Below are positions 36,724 to 50,237 of a DNA stretch of 64,000 bases, in pieces; position 1 is the stretch's first letter, and the number at the start of each line of letters is the position of its first letter. The notes under the pieces were generated by a model. The model saw nothing but the letters and a program-made list of their open reading frames with translations. It had not been told where the DNA came from and did not search any database. Position numbers and translations under genes: made by a program. The stretch is from positions 204,173,741 to 204,237,740 of the forward strand of contig CM041465.1 in NCBI GenBank assembly GCA_023213395.1, written 5' to 3'. This DNA is from Cycas panzhihuaensis (Eukaryota > Plantae > Cycadophyta).

Positions 36724-39184
36724 TATTAATAAATCATTTAGACAATCATACTAGGGATTTGCTTGCTTCCTTATTTTGTTTACCCTAGTTTCACCTCTTA
36801 AAACATTTCATTTCATATAAAAATTTTAAAATAAAAAACTTACATAGAATAGTAAAATAATTTTTTTAAAAAATGTTATAACCCTTACAATGTAATGTAA
36901 ACAAACCAACATGGTTCATATACATTGTAACTTCATTTGAGAGTTCCCTTCATATCTCTATTAGGTTTCTTCAATTAAGATGGTCCCCACATAAGGTCTT
37001 CAGATCTTTATTAGCTATGCATTTCCTCTTTAAGCTCTTTGTGAGCCACACTTACCTCTCTTAAGACAATCTGCTCTTGCTTAATTCAATGGCATATAAA
37101 CTCCATTCATCCATATATGTTCTACTTCTAATGATGTTGTTTTTTATGTTTTCTTATATTTTTTAGGGTATGTATCTAATGCCAATTGAAATCTATCCTT
37201 AGACATAAGATCACAACTCTAAATCTATTAGTCTTTGGCTTATAACTCCTCATAAGTTCACCCTTTATGATTGACACTATCTACTAATCTATTGGCATTT
37301 TCTCATTAATTTAATTGCTAAAATATTTAATTTCTCATACTTGTGGGGGTTTCTCATTATTAGAGCTTCAGATTTAGCCCCAAATATGAGATCATAGCCT
37401 TAGATTTCTTGATACTTCATTCACGCTCTCATCAAAATCTATTGTTTATCTTTATGCATTCTTCATGGGTAGGATAATGATAGAATTAATTTATTTTAAT
37501 ATCTTTTAAATTAGGTTTTGAAGAATTTATCAATTATGAATCACCTAAAATCTCTCTCAAAATTATAGCTAAACACTCATAGGTTGATAATTAATGAAAA
37601 CACATAAACAATAAAATTTTGATTTAAAATTAAAATTTTTATAAAGGTTTATTTAAATATTAAACTAGATTTAATAAAATTTTAAATTTTCCTAACCCTC
37701 AAATGCTCAACCTCTAGTTATATGATCAATTCATGTGATCATGGCATAAACATAAAAGATGATAAATATGATTTACACCTTAAACTCATTTTTTTAATGA
37801 CACACCTTCATTATTTCACATATAAATTTTACGTGTAATGTCAAAATTTAATTATGTATAAACCATTAGAAATTAGATTCAAACAACTTCAAAATAATTG
37901 GTCATATAAACCCCTTTGACACTAGGAAATATAATTAATTTTACAATGAAGACCAAAATTGATTCTACCATAATGTGGTGGTAATCATACTAGGAGTTTG
38001 TCTTTCCAGTCTCTCTTTGAAATAGACACTCTATTATTTCCTTTGCCATTGGATTCTAATTTCCTCTAATCTTTATTTTCATATTTTCTTTATCTTTACA
38101 TAACCAAACTTCTCTTTTATGGTGTGACTTTTATAAAATCCTAAAACTCCTCTTGAATTCCCTTCCATAGATAGTATTGATCCTCCATTGATAAGGTTAT
38201 TATAGAAGATATTCTTGAGAAAAAACATGTGCTATCTTGTACTACTTTATCTTTACTAAAAGTTGAAGTTACTTTGCTCTCTCTTTAGCCTCTTTCATAG
38301 TTTATACATATGATAGATAAGGACTTGTGTGATCTTTAAACTTCCACTTCTAAGTCACACTTTATCTCATCCACATAAGTTATCAGTTATAACCCTCTCA
38401 TATAATCATTGAGAACTATTTCATCTATCTCTCTCCCTCTTATGTAACCATTGCTATGTTCTCTAACTCTCTCATAAAATATTAAGAACCCACTTATAGG
38501 TCCCTTACAATAATCCTCTACTTTCTTTGATTAGGCTTCTATCACTCCCATATTATAAGCTTTAGAATGAACACTCTTAGTTCTACCAAACTTAGTTGGC
38601 CCTATTCTTATTCATACCTCCTAAATAGTATTATTGCCTTTTCCTCTTGCTTAATAAGCTCAAAAATGAATATAGATGTTGATATTAAGCCTAAAACTCA
38701 TATAATAAAAACCTAAAATTAATGTTGGTGGACATGCATAGATCATGACATCAACTTTAATCAACATTAATGTATTTGCATAGAGTTTAACATTAATATT
38801 TTGTGTTTCAAAGACTTAAGAAAAATGAGTAATATAAGAAGTTTAAGTTGCTTCATTTAATCCTATGGAGGCATATACTACATAGCCTCTTTCTCATGTG
38901 GATTATCCTTTTAGCTTATAGCCTTGATGAATCCCTCAAGTATGACATCAAGCCAGTCCTACTTCTATACCTACACTCAACTAATATTTGAATCTTCTTA
39001 TGCAAGATGTTTAACTTGGATAGCCTAACATGAGTGTTTCACAACTTATTCGTGATTATTAGCTCCCCCTACCATAATACCAAATTATTCTTGGTTAATA
39101 GTTGGAACCTCCTACACCATATATTCCACAATTTAAGATCCCTCAATATGGAGGAAGTACTTCATTTCCCACCATTAGAACATC

Positions 39185-39296
39185 AACTATGTAATGAGTA
39201 TAAGCTATGACCCACTCTATAATGAGTATAAACTATAGCTCACTAGGTAATAAGTATAGACTATGACTCACTCTGCAATGAGGATAAACTACAACT
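39185..39296. repeat. Minisatellite, 4 x 28 bp (consensus CACTCTGTAATGAGTATAAACTATGACT)
   Basis: Units start at 39185, 39213, 39241 and 39269. Confidence 0.85.
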
Positions 39297-39948
39297 CTAA
39301 AAATTTTAACTAATAAAGACCATAAACTATGGTAAGTCACACACATACTCCAATGCAAGTATAAAATGTCTTATATTTATATGCAAACCACAAAAAAAAA
39401 CTCACACATGCCAAAACAAAATATTTTAACAACCATACAATAGTCACACTCAAATAAATTTACATATGATTTGATCCAACCCCATATTTCTCTAAGTTAA
39501 CTCTCACTTAGGTGGAATATGAGTTAGAGCTCCAATGAGTAATACTCTTCAACAAGTATAAACTTAGAATATATACATTCTTATTTTCATATCATTTGCC
39601 CCTTATCTCTCATGCATTCATTGGTATGATCTTTTATGATCCTAATAGCATAAGATGACCTAAACTACTCAACTATATCCTATTATCCCCTTCACACACA
39701 CTCCCTTGTATCAATATCCTCGACCAAAGTTAGGAATCTTTATCTAATTATCACATTCTTAAATTCCTATAGTTTAGATTAATAGAGTAGCTATTTAGGG
39801 CATTATTAGGTTCATATTATGTTAAATATATACATAGCCAATATATTCACAAGGGTAAACATCCTTAAGTGGATTGATTTATCCTCACTCATACTCAAAG
39901 GTAATGTTTATTTAACACTCTTACAACAAGTTTATGAATAGGTTTAAT

Positions 39949-40363
39949 TGGGATGTTTATTCTGACCAACACTCTTTGAGATAATAAAAAATGACAATAG
40001 CAACCACGTTGTTTTATCCAATAGGGCAAACAAATTAACCAAGAACTTCACAAGAACACGAGAGAGCTAAATGATCACCAAAATAGAGAGCACCGCAGCA
40101 TAATCTTTATAAGAAGGCACATGAAGATAACCATCATTTACAATTTATGACCTTTATATAGATAAAAGAGGGTCTTCTACATGTAATCCTATTGGTGGAC
40201 TAAGCGGCCTTACATTCCATTAGACGACAAAGCGGCCTTGCATATCATTAGCCAGCTTGTTAGCTCATGTACAAAGTTCTATAATTACCCTTATCTTATA
40301 ACATGTTGATAACTCTTCGAATAATAGTGGTTTGTATAACTTAGCGAGATATATTATGTAATA
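39949..40363 (-). repeat. Gypsy-2 3' LTR
   Basis: Aligns with 46155-46569. Confidence 0.95.
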
Positions 40364-40379
40364 GGTCTCCTCCCTTAAG

Positions 40380-43300
40380 ATCTTCAGTTCTCGAGGCATG
40401 TGAGATGTAGGTGCTTTCTGATAAAATCATCAGACTCCCAAGTTGCTTCATTAGAGTTGTAACCTATCCACTGTATCAAATATTCTGAAATGGAACGATT
40501 CTAGAGATAGCATTATCTGGTAGCCAATATACATTCTGGAGGTATGAACAAGGTTTGCACTTCATCTAAAATTGGAATGGTTATCTGGGAAATATGGAAT
40601 TTGCTTAGACTCTTCCGAAGATAGGAGATATGAAAAACATTATGGATGTTTGTGGTGGGGGAAAGGTTGAAAGCATATGCAACCTCACCAATATATTTAA
40701 GGACTTTATAGGGGCCATAATATCGAGGGCTAAGTTTGTGGTTCTTATGATGGCGAAGGGATTGTTACTTATAAGGTTGGAGATGAAGGAATATAAGATC
40801 ACCAATATTGAAGGAACAATAAGAATGGTGGTGGTGTGCTAATTGTTTCATTCAATTATGGGCCATAGAGAGGTTTTATTTAAGGGTGTGAAGAATTTGG
40901 TCTATATATTACAATTTTTGTTGTACTACTGCCGTGCGGAGGTTGGTAGCCAAGGTGTGGTGGGATGGTGGGGGATACCTATATAGAGCCAAAAATTAGG
41001 ATATTCCAATGGCTGAATAGTGTGAAGAGTTGTACCAATACTCAGCTAGGGCTAGCCATGATATCCATTTATATTGGTGGTCAGATGCAAAGCAACATGA
41101 GTAAGTCTCTAAAGTTTGGTTAAGGACCTCAGATTAGCCATCGGTCTATGGATGGTATACCTGACTCATGTTGAATGATATTCCTGATGCACGGAATAGC
41201 TCCTACCAGAAGGAACTAGTGAATTTAGGGTCGCGATCACATACGATAGTGGATGGAAAACCATATAAATGAAATATTATCTGGATGTAAATGTTAGCGA
41301 TACATGGAGCTTTATAGGTCATGTAGACAGGTAAGAAATGGGCATATTTTGTCAATCTATGTATGACTACTAAAATGGAGTCAAACCTGATAGATAGTGG
41401 TAAGCCTGCTATAAAGTCCATGGTAATATCTTACCATTTACCTTGTGGGATGTACAATTGTTGAAGGAGGCCTAGTTGGGGTTTTGTATCAACTTTGTTA
41501 CGTTGGCATGTGTCACATTCTGAGACAAAGGTAAGGATGGTAGATTTTATTTCTTGCGAAAAGAAATTAGAATGTATCATATAATAAGTTTTATCAAAAC
41601 TAGAATAACCACCAAGAGGGGAACAATGATATTCTGATAAAATTCATGAGATAAAAGCTGAGTGGGGGTGTACGAATATGTGATTTTGGTATAAGAGAAG
41701 ATTATTATGGATGGACCAATCCTTATGAGTGTGGACCTTATCATCCCAATATGCAAAATCAGGTTAGGTTTGGTGACTCATGGCTAAATCTTATATCCAT
41801 GTTAGTTGTGGGGAAGAAATGGCATAAATGGTGGGGTCCTCAATATGATCAGTGTTATCGTCAAGTGTAGGTGAATGTAGCCTCAAGAGAGCATCTTCCA
41901 CAATGTTATCTTTCCTCTTTTTATATGTGATTGTAAAATAAAAAATGTGGAGGCAGTCGACCCATTTAGCCTGCTCTTCCGAGAGGACTGGTTGATCTAG
42001 TAAGTCGTGAAGGCTATGATGATCAATGAGGATAGTAAATTTAGAACCAAGTACATGCTGTTGCCATTTGTCAACAACATGGAGGATGGCTCACATTTCT
42101 TTTTTATAGGTAGATAGTCTACACTCATGATCTTTGAGTTTTTGACTTTTGAAGGCAATGGGGTAGAAGTCATGTATTAAGACTGCACCTAACCCAAACT
42201 CGGAGGCATCGCATTCTAATTAGAAAGGCCGAGAAAAGTCGAGAGAGGCCAAAACTAGGGTGGTTTTTATGACTTCCTTTAGATGGAGGAAGGCCTCATT
42301 AGCTGAGGGAGACCATTGGAAGGAATCCTTCCAAAGTTAGTGGGTTAAGGCGGTGGTTAGTGTGGCATAATTTCAGACGAATCGACGATAAAATCTAGTA
42401 AGTCTTTAAAAAGCCCATAATTGGGTTAGGGTTTTTGGGGTTGGCTAATTAGTAATGACAAAGATGTTATTGGGATCCACTCAAACCCATACAAAGGATA
42501 TAATATGACCAAGGTATTATAGTTCAGATTTACCAAACTCACATTTGGAGAGTTTAGCATACAATTTATTCTCAGCTAGGATTTAAAGAACTATTTCTAG
42601 ATGCATGATATGAGCAGTATGTTTGAGCTATAGATAAGAATACTGTCAAAGAAGACGATGATTAATTTTCACAGGTATAGGGAAAAGATCTTGTTCATGA
42701 GCGTCTGAAAGGTGGATTGAGCATTACATAGGCCAAAGGGCATGACCTAGAACTTAAAGTGGCCATGGTGGTTTCAGAAAGCCATTTTATATTGATCCTT
42801 TAGCAAGATAGGGATTTGGTAATATTCTGACTCTAAATTGAGTTTAGTGAAAATTACAACACCATGGATTTTATCTAACATATTATCGATTCATGGTGTG
42901 AGAAACTTATTTTTTATGGTGATTTTATTGAGCACATGATAGTCAACGCAAAGTCAGAAAGAGCCATCCCTTTTGTAAACTAAAATGATGGGTGCCATGT
43001 ATGAGATTTTACTAGGTTAGATAATACCCATGTCCAACAATTTCCTCATGATTTTTTCAATTTTATTTTTTTGGAAATAGGAGTTCCTATATGGTTGAAG
43101 GCTAAACGAGTCATGTGAACTTTGTAACTCAATAGTATGATAACAACCTTGATCGAGCAAGGGGCTGGTAGGTAACAGAGCAAATATAGATTGGTATTGA
43201 TCTACTACTTGATGGATATCAAGGTGAATACCCGAAGGGGCCTAGATATGGTTAAGATGAATAATATATCCTATGTTACCATTGAGTTGTTGGCATATTC

Positions 43301-44887
43301 GAGTGGGTTAGATTACTTTATTTGGGGGGGCTTACATCCCATAAAGTTTATATGAGTGGCCCATGTGATCTTTGAATATAATGAATGGTGCCATGGGTGA
43401 GTTATTGGTGTTATAAGTTCCTAGAGTCTGGAGCCATTGTACACTAAGAATTGTATATGACCTACCTATGGGCGAAGTAGAAAAATCAGAGACAGGGGTA
43501 TATGAGCCAATGTAGATCGTAGGTTTTTTATTGTTCCAGTACAATGGAGGATGTGATGACCAGGTAAGGAGCAAGTAAATCTTATTTTAGGTTCTATGTA
43601 AAGATTCAACTATCGAGCAATAGAGATATCAATGAAATTTACTAATGTGCCACCATTGATTAAAATGGTAATTGGGGTTTTCTAAAGTATTCCTTTAACT
43701 CGAAGCAGTTCAGGATGTGTAGTGGAGGTAACAACTAATAAGGAAACTTCAAGTTCAGGGTTTGGGGATAACTCATCAATAGGGTGGTCTTGGGATTCAT
43801 CAGTATATTTGTGCTCAGTCTTAGGGTCATCTTTCAAAGATAAGTCTAGATCAATTTTGAAGACCATCTTCCTAGCTTTATAGATTCTATTGTGACCAGA
43901 GGTCCATTTTTCAGAACATTACATACATAAACCAGCTTCCCGATGACGTTGTGTCTCTATTGGAGTGATGTGTATGGACTTCAAAGATGGTTCCTTAGTG
44001 CATTGCTCAAGATATGTAGATGGGATGTCCTTTAGTCATGGGTGTGATCATTAGTAGTCAATTGGACATGGTTTTTGGTACCAGGCAGTATCAGCTTGTC
44101 TGGATCGTGAAAGCCAAGTGGAGTCTCATATGAATGGAGGAGGCCTTTCTGTGGCAAATTTTGCTTCTACTGCTTTAGCCATACTAATTACATCTTCAGG
44201 CGTATTTAGATACGTTCTTTAAGCCCAAACACATACACATCTATCTCTATCTATTTATTACGTTATTGATCAACCTGATTAAAGATTAGAACTCATCAGT
44301 GTAAACTTTGATAGAGGATACTTGCTTCAATCATGTTAGTTATGTGAAAAAATATTAATTCCAAGTGTCTTTATACTACTTGAAAAAATAGGTAGATAAG
44401 TGTGCCCAAGACCGACTAGAAGGGTACTCTTGCTTCCACCATTGGAACCAATGATGTGCCTTCCCATCTAAGTGGATGGAAGCAAATGTAAGTTGTTCAT
44501 TTACTGACATTGGGTTGAGTGTAAAGTAGGACTCTAGTTTACCAATGCAACTTCATGCACTATCCTTGTTGAGATCTAGATCAAATGTGGGTATGTTGAT
44601 GTTATAATAAAATGGTTGTTACTGATGTGGAGGCAGAGGCATAGTTTGTTACTATATAGATTTGATTGGCAGTGAGGAGAGAAGTTGTTCAACCTCTGAA
44701 TTACATTTTGGATATCAGTATGGGATGCTAGGTCTGACAATTTTGAGGTAAATTATGTCCATATGATATCTACTTCATTTTTAACCTCCTTGTGTATGTG
44801 GTCTAAATCTTCCTTAATTTTTTTCTAAATATTGGTGACTTAGGTCTTGAGTACCAAGATTTTATCACTATTGCTTTGAGGAGCCAT
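40380..44887 (-). pseudogene. Gypsy-2 gag-pol remnant
   Basis: ATG 44887 (MAPQSNSDKIL); gag Zn motif (EAGLCMYCSEKWTSGHN-like); RT FFDSILIYS; INT; chromodomain ~40410-40545. Confidence 0.9.
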
Positions 44888-45441
44888 GGAGAAAGGGTGT
44901 AAAGAGGCGAGAATAAGTAGAAAGAAGGGGAATGAATGAAGTGGGAAAGATCAAGAGAGAACGGGACGTAAGAAAAAGGTGTTGTTAAGGGAAAGAGAAG
45001 GGGGCAAATAAAGAGATTGTTGGGTGTCTATAACCTATTGTTCCTAAAGAATTTACATAAAAAAGATATTAAGTTCTCTCAAATAAGTGCGAAAAGCTCA
45101 TTCAAATGGTGTATATGAAGTGTAGGGGGGTTGGGGGTGGTGGGACCCTCCAATGACCATATATTAAAAAATGTAAAAAATTTTTGTATGTACCAACCTA
45201 GTATAAACTGACTAGTACGATATGCTAATCGAAATGAGGTATAGTTATAAGGGTAATTTATTTTTTTATGTTTTGCTTCCCTTTTCTCTTTTTTATTTCT
45301 TTTTCTTTTTTCTTATTCTTTTTTTTTTTTCCTGTAGTGAGTCTAACTACGCTGACAGGTTCCGAGTTTAAGGAGTAAAAGGAACTTCTTTTTTTCAAAA
45401 TATGAGATGACTTATAGTCTGAACCTGGAATATGTATACCA

Positions 45442-45871
45442 GAGTATTCTACCAACCACTAGATAAGGTGTGCTCGGTCTTATAGGCCTACTAATAAACT
45501 GTAGAAGTTCAGGGCAAGTACCTTCGTGGCGCTAAATGCTAACCACTGCACTACAAGACTTCAGTGGTCGATAGTTGCCTATGCTATGGAGGGATTGATG
45601 GGTCATCTTATATACCCAAAGGTACATGGAGGCACACTTCCGTCACTAGGTTCTGTCTAGGGCTTGATTCAGGAGTGTTAAATCCAGTCCTTCATGCAAA
45701 AGACGGAAGAGCCTCGATGCGATTAACTAGAATGATAGATCCCTATGATATTTAAAGACCCCTGGTATAGGGTCTCTACCTAACTACTTGGGTAGTTACC
45801 CAACGGTGTTATCTACCTAGGAAAGTAGGTGGAAGGGAGAAAGGGTAGTTGCCCAACGATGTTTTCTACCC
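45442..45871 (-). promoter_or_regulatory. Conserved structured leader module (candidate IRES-like RNA), copy in Gypsy-2
   Basis: Homologous to 6803-7196; the first hairpin is present twice (45790-45817, 45843-45870). Confidence 0.6.
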
Positions 45872-46154
45872 TTGAGATATAATTCAATGCAAAAATTGAA
45901 ATACAAAAATGAAATTAAAACTAGATGAAAAATAAAAGGATAAGGTATTGGCATTACCTGGGAAAAAAATTCTCCTTTTTCTCCTAACTCTTAGACTGTC
46001 CTAGTACCGTTCCTCAATCTCGGTGGAGAGAGTACTAAGCAAAGGTCTTTCCTCGATCTCTACTAGGGTAGAGAGAGTACTCAATTTGATAGAAAAAAAA
46101 AAAATTGATCTTTCAGGCAGCTTCCCACATTCACAATGCAAATATGATACCACT

Positions 46155-46569
46155 TGGGACATTTCTTCTGACCAACACTCTTTGAGATAGAAGAAAATGA
46201 CAATCGCAACCACGTTGTTCTATCCAATAGGGTGAATAAATTAACTAAGAACTTTACAAGAACACTAGAATGCTAAATGATCACCAAAATAAAGAGCACT
46301 GCAGCATAATCTTTATAAGAAGTTACATCAAGATAACCATCAGTTACAATTTGTGACCCTTATATAGATAAAAGAGGGTCTTCTACATGTAAACCTATTG
46401 GTGGCCTAAGTGGCCTTACATTCTATTGGACGATAAAGTAGCCTTACATACCATTAGCCAACTTGTTAGCTCATACACGAATTTCCATGATTACCCTTAT
46501 CTTATAACATGCTGATAACTCTCCGTATAATAGTGGTTTACATAACTTAGTGAGATAAGTTATGTAACA
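46155..46569 (-). repeat. Gypsy-2 5' LTR
   Basis: TG...CA termini, PBS adjacent, TSD TTAAT. Confidence 0.95.
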
Positions 46570-47596
46570 TTAATGGTGACCAATTCTTAAGCTTCATTCA
46601 TCATTTATTAAAATGTAGACTTTAGTTGTTATATACAAACTATATTGTAGATATTTGATATGGCTCACCATAAAAAGATTATAAATTTTGCCAAAAAATG
46701 AGAAATAAAAAAATTAAGAAAAACACTCATGCATACACATCAACATATTAATGAGTTTAATGGTGACCAGCTTATAAGTCTTACAACATTATTCATTGGA
46801 TTGTAGACCTTCGAGTGACCATATATACATTAACCTAACTAACAAGTTTAATGATGGATAGTTTATAGCCTTACACTATCATTCACTAAACTATAAGCTT
46901 GATCAATATGCATTTTTATGAATGATTATTATTATAGCTAGATGGTATGAGCTAAAGAAATCACTACTTTTGGATGCCTTGCTCTAAAGAGATCTAGTCA
47001 AAAAATTGAGATTCTATATCTCTAAATGATTCCCCTTGTCAACTAATTTTTGTAGACTCCTATATCTATAAGATTGTATTTCCTAATATAAGTCTTAAAT
47101 TATTACTACATTCCCTATTACATTCTTCATTTATACATATGAAGGAAGCCAAGGAAATTTCAATCCTTTTACTACCTCTTTAATTGTTCAAAATCACACT
47201 GGTCATGTTGAATATAGTGTAGGGTCATTCATCCTTACTTATATAGTTAGGATATTATTTATTAAATTTTTTATTGCTACTATTATTCGCATACCTTAAG
47301 AGTAAAATTCTAAAGTATCTGTTACTCAACCTTATACTAGTATAATACCATTTGCATACTTACAAAATTATAAAATTATATATTATGCATTCCTAGTATG
47401 ACACACTCACATAGATCCATAGTAAGATATAGAATTTTGCCAATGTTGTATGTATAAACAAAAGATAAGATATTATCTATGTTTATTCTTTATTATGCTA
47501 ACTCCACAAAACTCATTTGCCAAAGGGATAAATGTTTCCATGATTTTGGGCCTTTTCTTTTAATTACATATCATTTATATGATACCTAACTAGGTA

Positions 47597-47599
<3 letters not shown>

Positions 47600-47634
<35 letters not shown>
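47600..47634. repeat. (TA)n microsatellite
   Basis: Directly visible. Confidence 0.97.
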
Positions 47635-47636
<2 letters not shown>

Positions 47637-47751
47637 ACGAGGACTCATCATCAAGTAATAAATTAAGATCCACTCATTTGCCTTATTTAATTTACTTTAG
47701 GGTAAAAGAAGAACAATATCAATTTATTTTAGAAAAATATACAGCATAAAT

Positions 47752-47838
47752 TATTATGATCCTCTACCATATGAGGTTACTCTTATTGTAATGATCCCAT
47801 ATGCATAAGTTTAAGAGATGGGTATCCTTAATAGCCCC

Positions 47839-47872
<34 letters not shown>

Positions 47873-48162
47873 ATACATATATATATATACATACATATAC
47901 ATATATATACATATATATATACATATATATACATATATATATACATATATATGCATATATATATACATATATATACATATATATATACATATATATATGT
48001 ATATATGTATATATATGTATATATATGTATACATAACTCTATATATATATATATACATATATATACATATATATACATATATATATACATATATATACAT
48101 ATATATACATATATATACATATATACATACATATATACATACATATATACATATATATATAG

Positions 48163-48195
<33 letters not shown>

Positions 48196-48260
48196 CATAT
48201 ATATATACATATATATACATATATACATACATATATATACATATATATATATACATATAT

Positions 48261-48312
<52 letters not shown>

Positions 48313-48336
48313 ATATATATATATATATATATACAT

Positions 48337-48418
<82 letters not shown>

Positions 48419-50232
48419 TATTTCTATTTCTTTATGTTGTATGGTTACAAGAATAGGTTCATACCAATTGGTATCAAAACAATGATATGGAAGGTGTCAT
48501 CAAGGGTTTGAAAGCATATTCAAGAAAATAAACATTGAAATTTCTAAAAATTAATAGTGAATTTGAGACAAAATGCCTTGTTTTGTAAATTTTGAGTGGT
48601 CGTAGTATATATTTTGGGGTGAAAATACAAAAATTATAGTAGAATTAATTTTGGCCTACCTTTTTTGTCACTATATTTCTGTAACATACCTGCTACCTCA
48701 ACTTCAAAGAGTCATAACTTTGGCTACAAGTATTTAAATGACCTCATTTTTTTTATTATATGCATTTTTTAATTTACTTTCCAATGGAAGTGGTTAAGGT
48801 TAATCAAAGTTCAGAGTAGAAAGTTATTTACATTTTACTAGTGAGTATTATTGTAGTCTCTAGAAACCTTAGTAGTGAATTTCTTAAAAATGTTATAACT
48901 TTTGATCTAGATATCAGAATTTAATTTCATCTAAACCATTGGAATTGCATTTCAAAGGCCATCATTTTAATCTATATTTTATTTAGTTTTGAACTATATT
49001 TTTTAGAGATAAAATTTTTTAATTTGAGGGTTTCATATCATACTTTTCTTAGTCATTCAAACTTTGGTCACAAAACCATTGTTCTTTAGGTATAATCTAT
49101 ATTTTTGTATCAAAATTAGGGGATAGTAGGTGTAGACACCCTTAATCTCTCTTACATCCATATTATCATGGGTACATAAAGGCCTATACTACATATCTTT
49201 AATACAAATAAGACTCTTTCTATAAATGATTGGGTTGAAGACATGGACGCTTATTTAAAATCACTTAATGATGACTATATGGGCAATAAAAGGATGACTA
49301 AAGTAGCTTTATTGTATCTACAATGGGAAGCTTATCTTTGGTTTAAGCAGTGGTATAACACGTATAATTATTTTAATTCATTTTTATGGTTAAAAGCAAC
49401 TATTTATCTTAAATATAATGCTTCTTGGTGGAAAGAGATGTAAAACCTTGAACAAGATAAACAAGAAATTTGTCAAATACTTGAGAGGTATAATAGAAAG
49501 GTGGGACAAGGAATTCTCTCCATTCCACAAAATTAAGAACAAAAGAAAGATGATGAGAAAGAAAATAAATATGAAGAGCAAGTAACAGAAGTTGTTTGTC
49601 ATCCCACACCACCAACTGCACCTAAGAACAAGGAAGATAAGGTATCACCAATGGTTAAAAGAAACTAAAGTGCTACCATATTATCATATGTATTATTAAG
49701 AGGCCTAATGCAACAAAACTTATCAAGCAAGACACTCATCAACTACAAATACCAGGTAAGCATAACATGTGAGCTAAAGATTTTAATATTATATATATCT
49801 AGAGTATATTAGAGGACATCTAGGATATATCAAAATCAACTTGGTATGGATAGATCCATATTCCATATGCAACTTTTTTAATGACCTTTGCAAGAGCTAT
49901 CGATTAGATAATAATAAAAAGATGTGGTCATATGTATCAATAAATCAGGATGCTTCGAGGTAAAAGTATTTTAGAAGGGAGGGTATGTTATAATCTTCTA
50001 CTATATAAGGTTACTCTTATTGTAAATATCCCACATGCATAAGTCTAAGAGATAGGTATCCTTAATAACCCCATATATATGTATGTAATGTATAAGTTGG
50101 ATCACCATTGTGTATTTGTAATCTTATGTTAATGAATGTTCTTTGGAACTTCATCTCCTTCTTTACCTTTTCTATATCATTTTCTATTTCTAATTTTCTA
50201 TGTTTTTTGATTACAGGAATAAGTTCATTATA
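47752..50232 (+). mobile_element. Non-autonomous LTR retroelement (Gypsy-derived, gag relic only)
   Basis: TSD TAAAT (47747-47751, 50233-50237); LTRs 47752-48466 and 49986-50232; PBS 48469-48480; PPT AGAAGGGAGGG before 49986; gag-like WVEDMDAYL..ALLYLQWEAYLWF (49231-49443); empty-site paralog near 36545. Confidence 0.9.
47839..48416. repeat. Compound (TA)n/(TG)n/(TACA)n/(CA)n microsatellite inside the 5' LTR
   Basis: Directly visible, ~580 bp. Confidence 0.98.
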
Positions 50233-50237
50233 TAAAT

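Larger units (their letters stand above)
39949..46569 (-). mobile_element. Gypsy-2: full-length decayed Ty3/Gypsy chromovirus (Reina-like)
   Basis: 415-bp LTRs 39949-40363 / 46155-46569; TSD TTAAT; PBS (TGGTATCA) 46145-46152; PPT 40364-40376; INT MDFIAGLP..CDRDPKFTSSFW; chromodomain PECILATR..EYLIQW..EATWE. Confidence 0.96.

Noticed and set aside
45420-45565. tRNA-like motifs on the minus strand (GTAGTGCAGTGGTTAGCA; TCTAGTGG..GGTAGAATA..CCAGGTTCA)
   Set aside because: No cloverleaf or acceptor stem can be built, and the Copia-2 homolog does not keep the A/B-box pattern.
47764-48511. Six long Y/I/M/H/T-rich ORFs
   Set aside because: Stop-free microsatellite, not coding.
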